The notes below the pieces were generated by a model. It had not been told where the DNA came from and ran no database searches. It saw only the letters and a list, made by a program, of their open reading frames with translations. From Octopus vulgaris (taxonomy: Eukaryota), in contig OX597817.1 in NCBI GenBank assembly GCA_951406725.2, forward strand, positions 5,580,001 through 5,644,000: DNA of 64,000 bases, in the 5' to 3' direction. The translations under genes were made by a program, and so were the position numbers. This document shows, piece after piece, positions 63,888 through 64,000 of the stretch (within the stretch, counting starts at the first letter, position 1; each line of letters opens with the position of its first letter).

Positions 63888-64000
63888 TTATAGATTCTAT
63901 AGTGTGAAGGTCGGTGTCTTTTTTTAATTTGAAGCCACTCGAAGAAGTTTTGCACTTGCGGTATATGTGTGCGTGGCCGTTGACCCTAGTAGAATGGAAA

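Overview
AT-rich, repeat-dense eukaryotic (animal) DNA with no supportable intact host protein-coding exon. It reads like a very large intron or intergenic region. The SINE families and microsatellite load resemble an octopod/coleoid cephalopod genome (inference from recognition, not verified). Almost all ORF-track entries come from microsatellites or SINEs. Real coding remnants are limited to decayed transposons: a DD41D Tc1/mariner, two mariner fragments, an RTE C-terminus and an R4/Dong-type RLE endonuclease. The window holds at least four tRNA-headed SINE families (many with clear TSDs, some nested three deep), hAT and Merlin-like MITEs, Helitron/Helentron non-autonomous elements, and long palindromes next to (TA)n tracts. 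Most notable observations: (1) a tRNA-Ser-like Pol III head linked to a minimal Penelope-type hammerhead ribozyme with an inverted 5' end (57741-58029, minus); (2) a polypyrimidine-CAG|GTAAGT recursive-splice-like site followed 59 nt later by a second strong donor (26148-26206), plus a second AG|GTAAGT at 35284; (3) a fixed GAAATA|GGTATTTC junction recurring in SINE dimers; (4) dense TGCA/GCAGCTGCA motif islands around a purine/pyrimidine skew switch.
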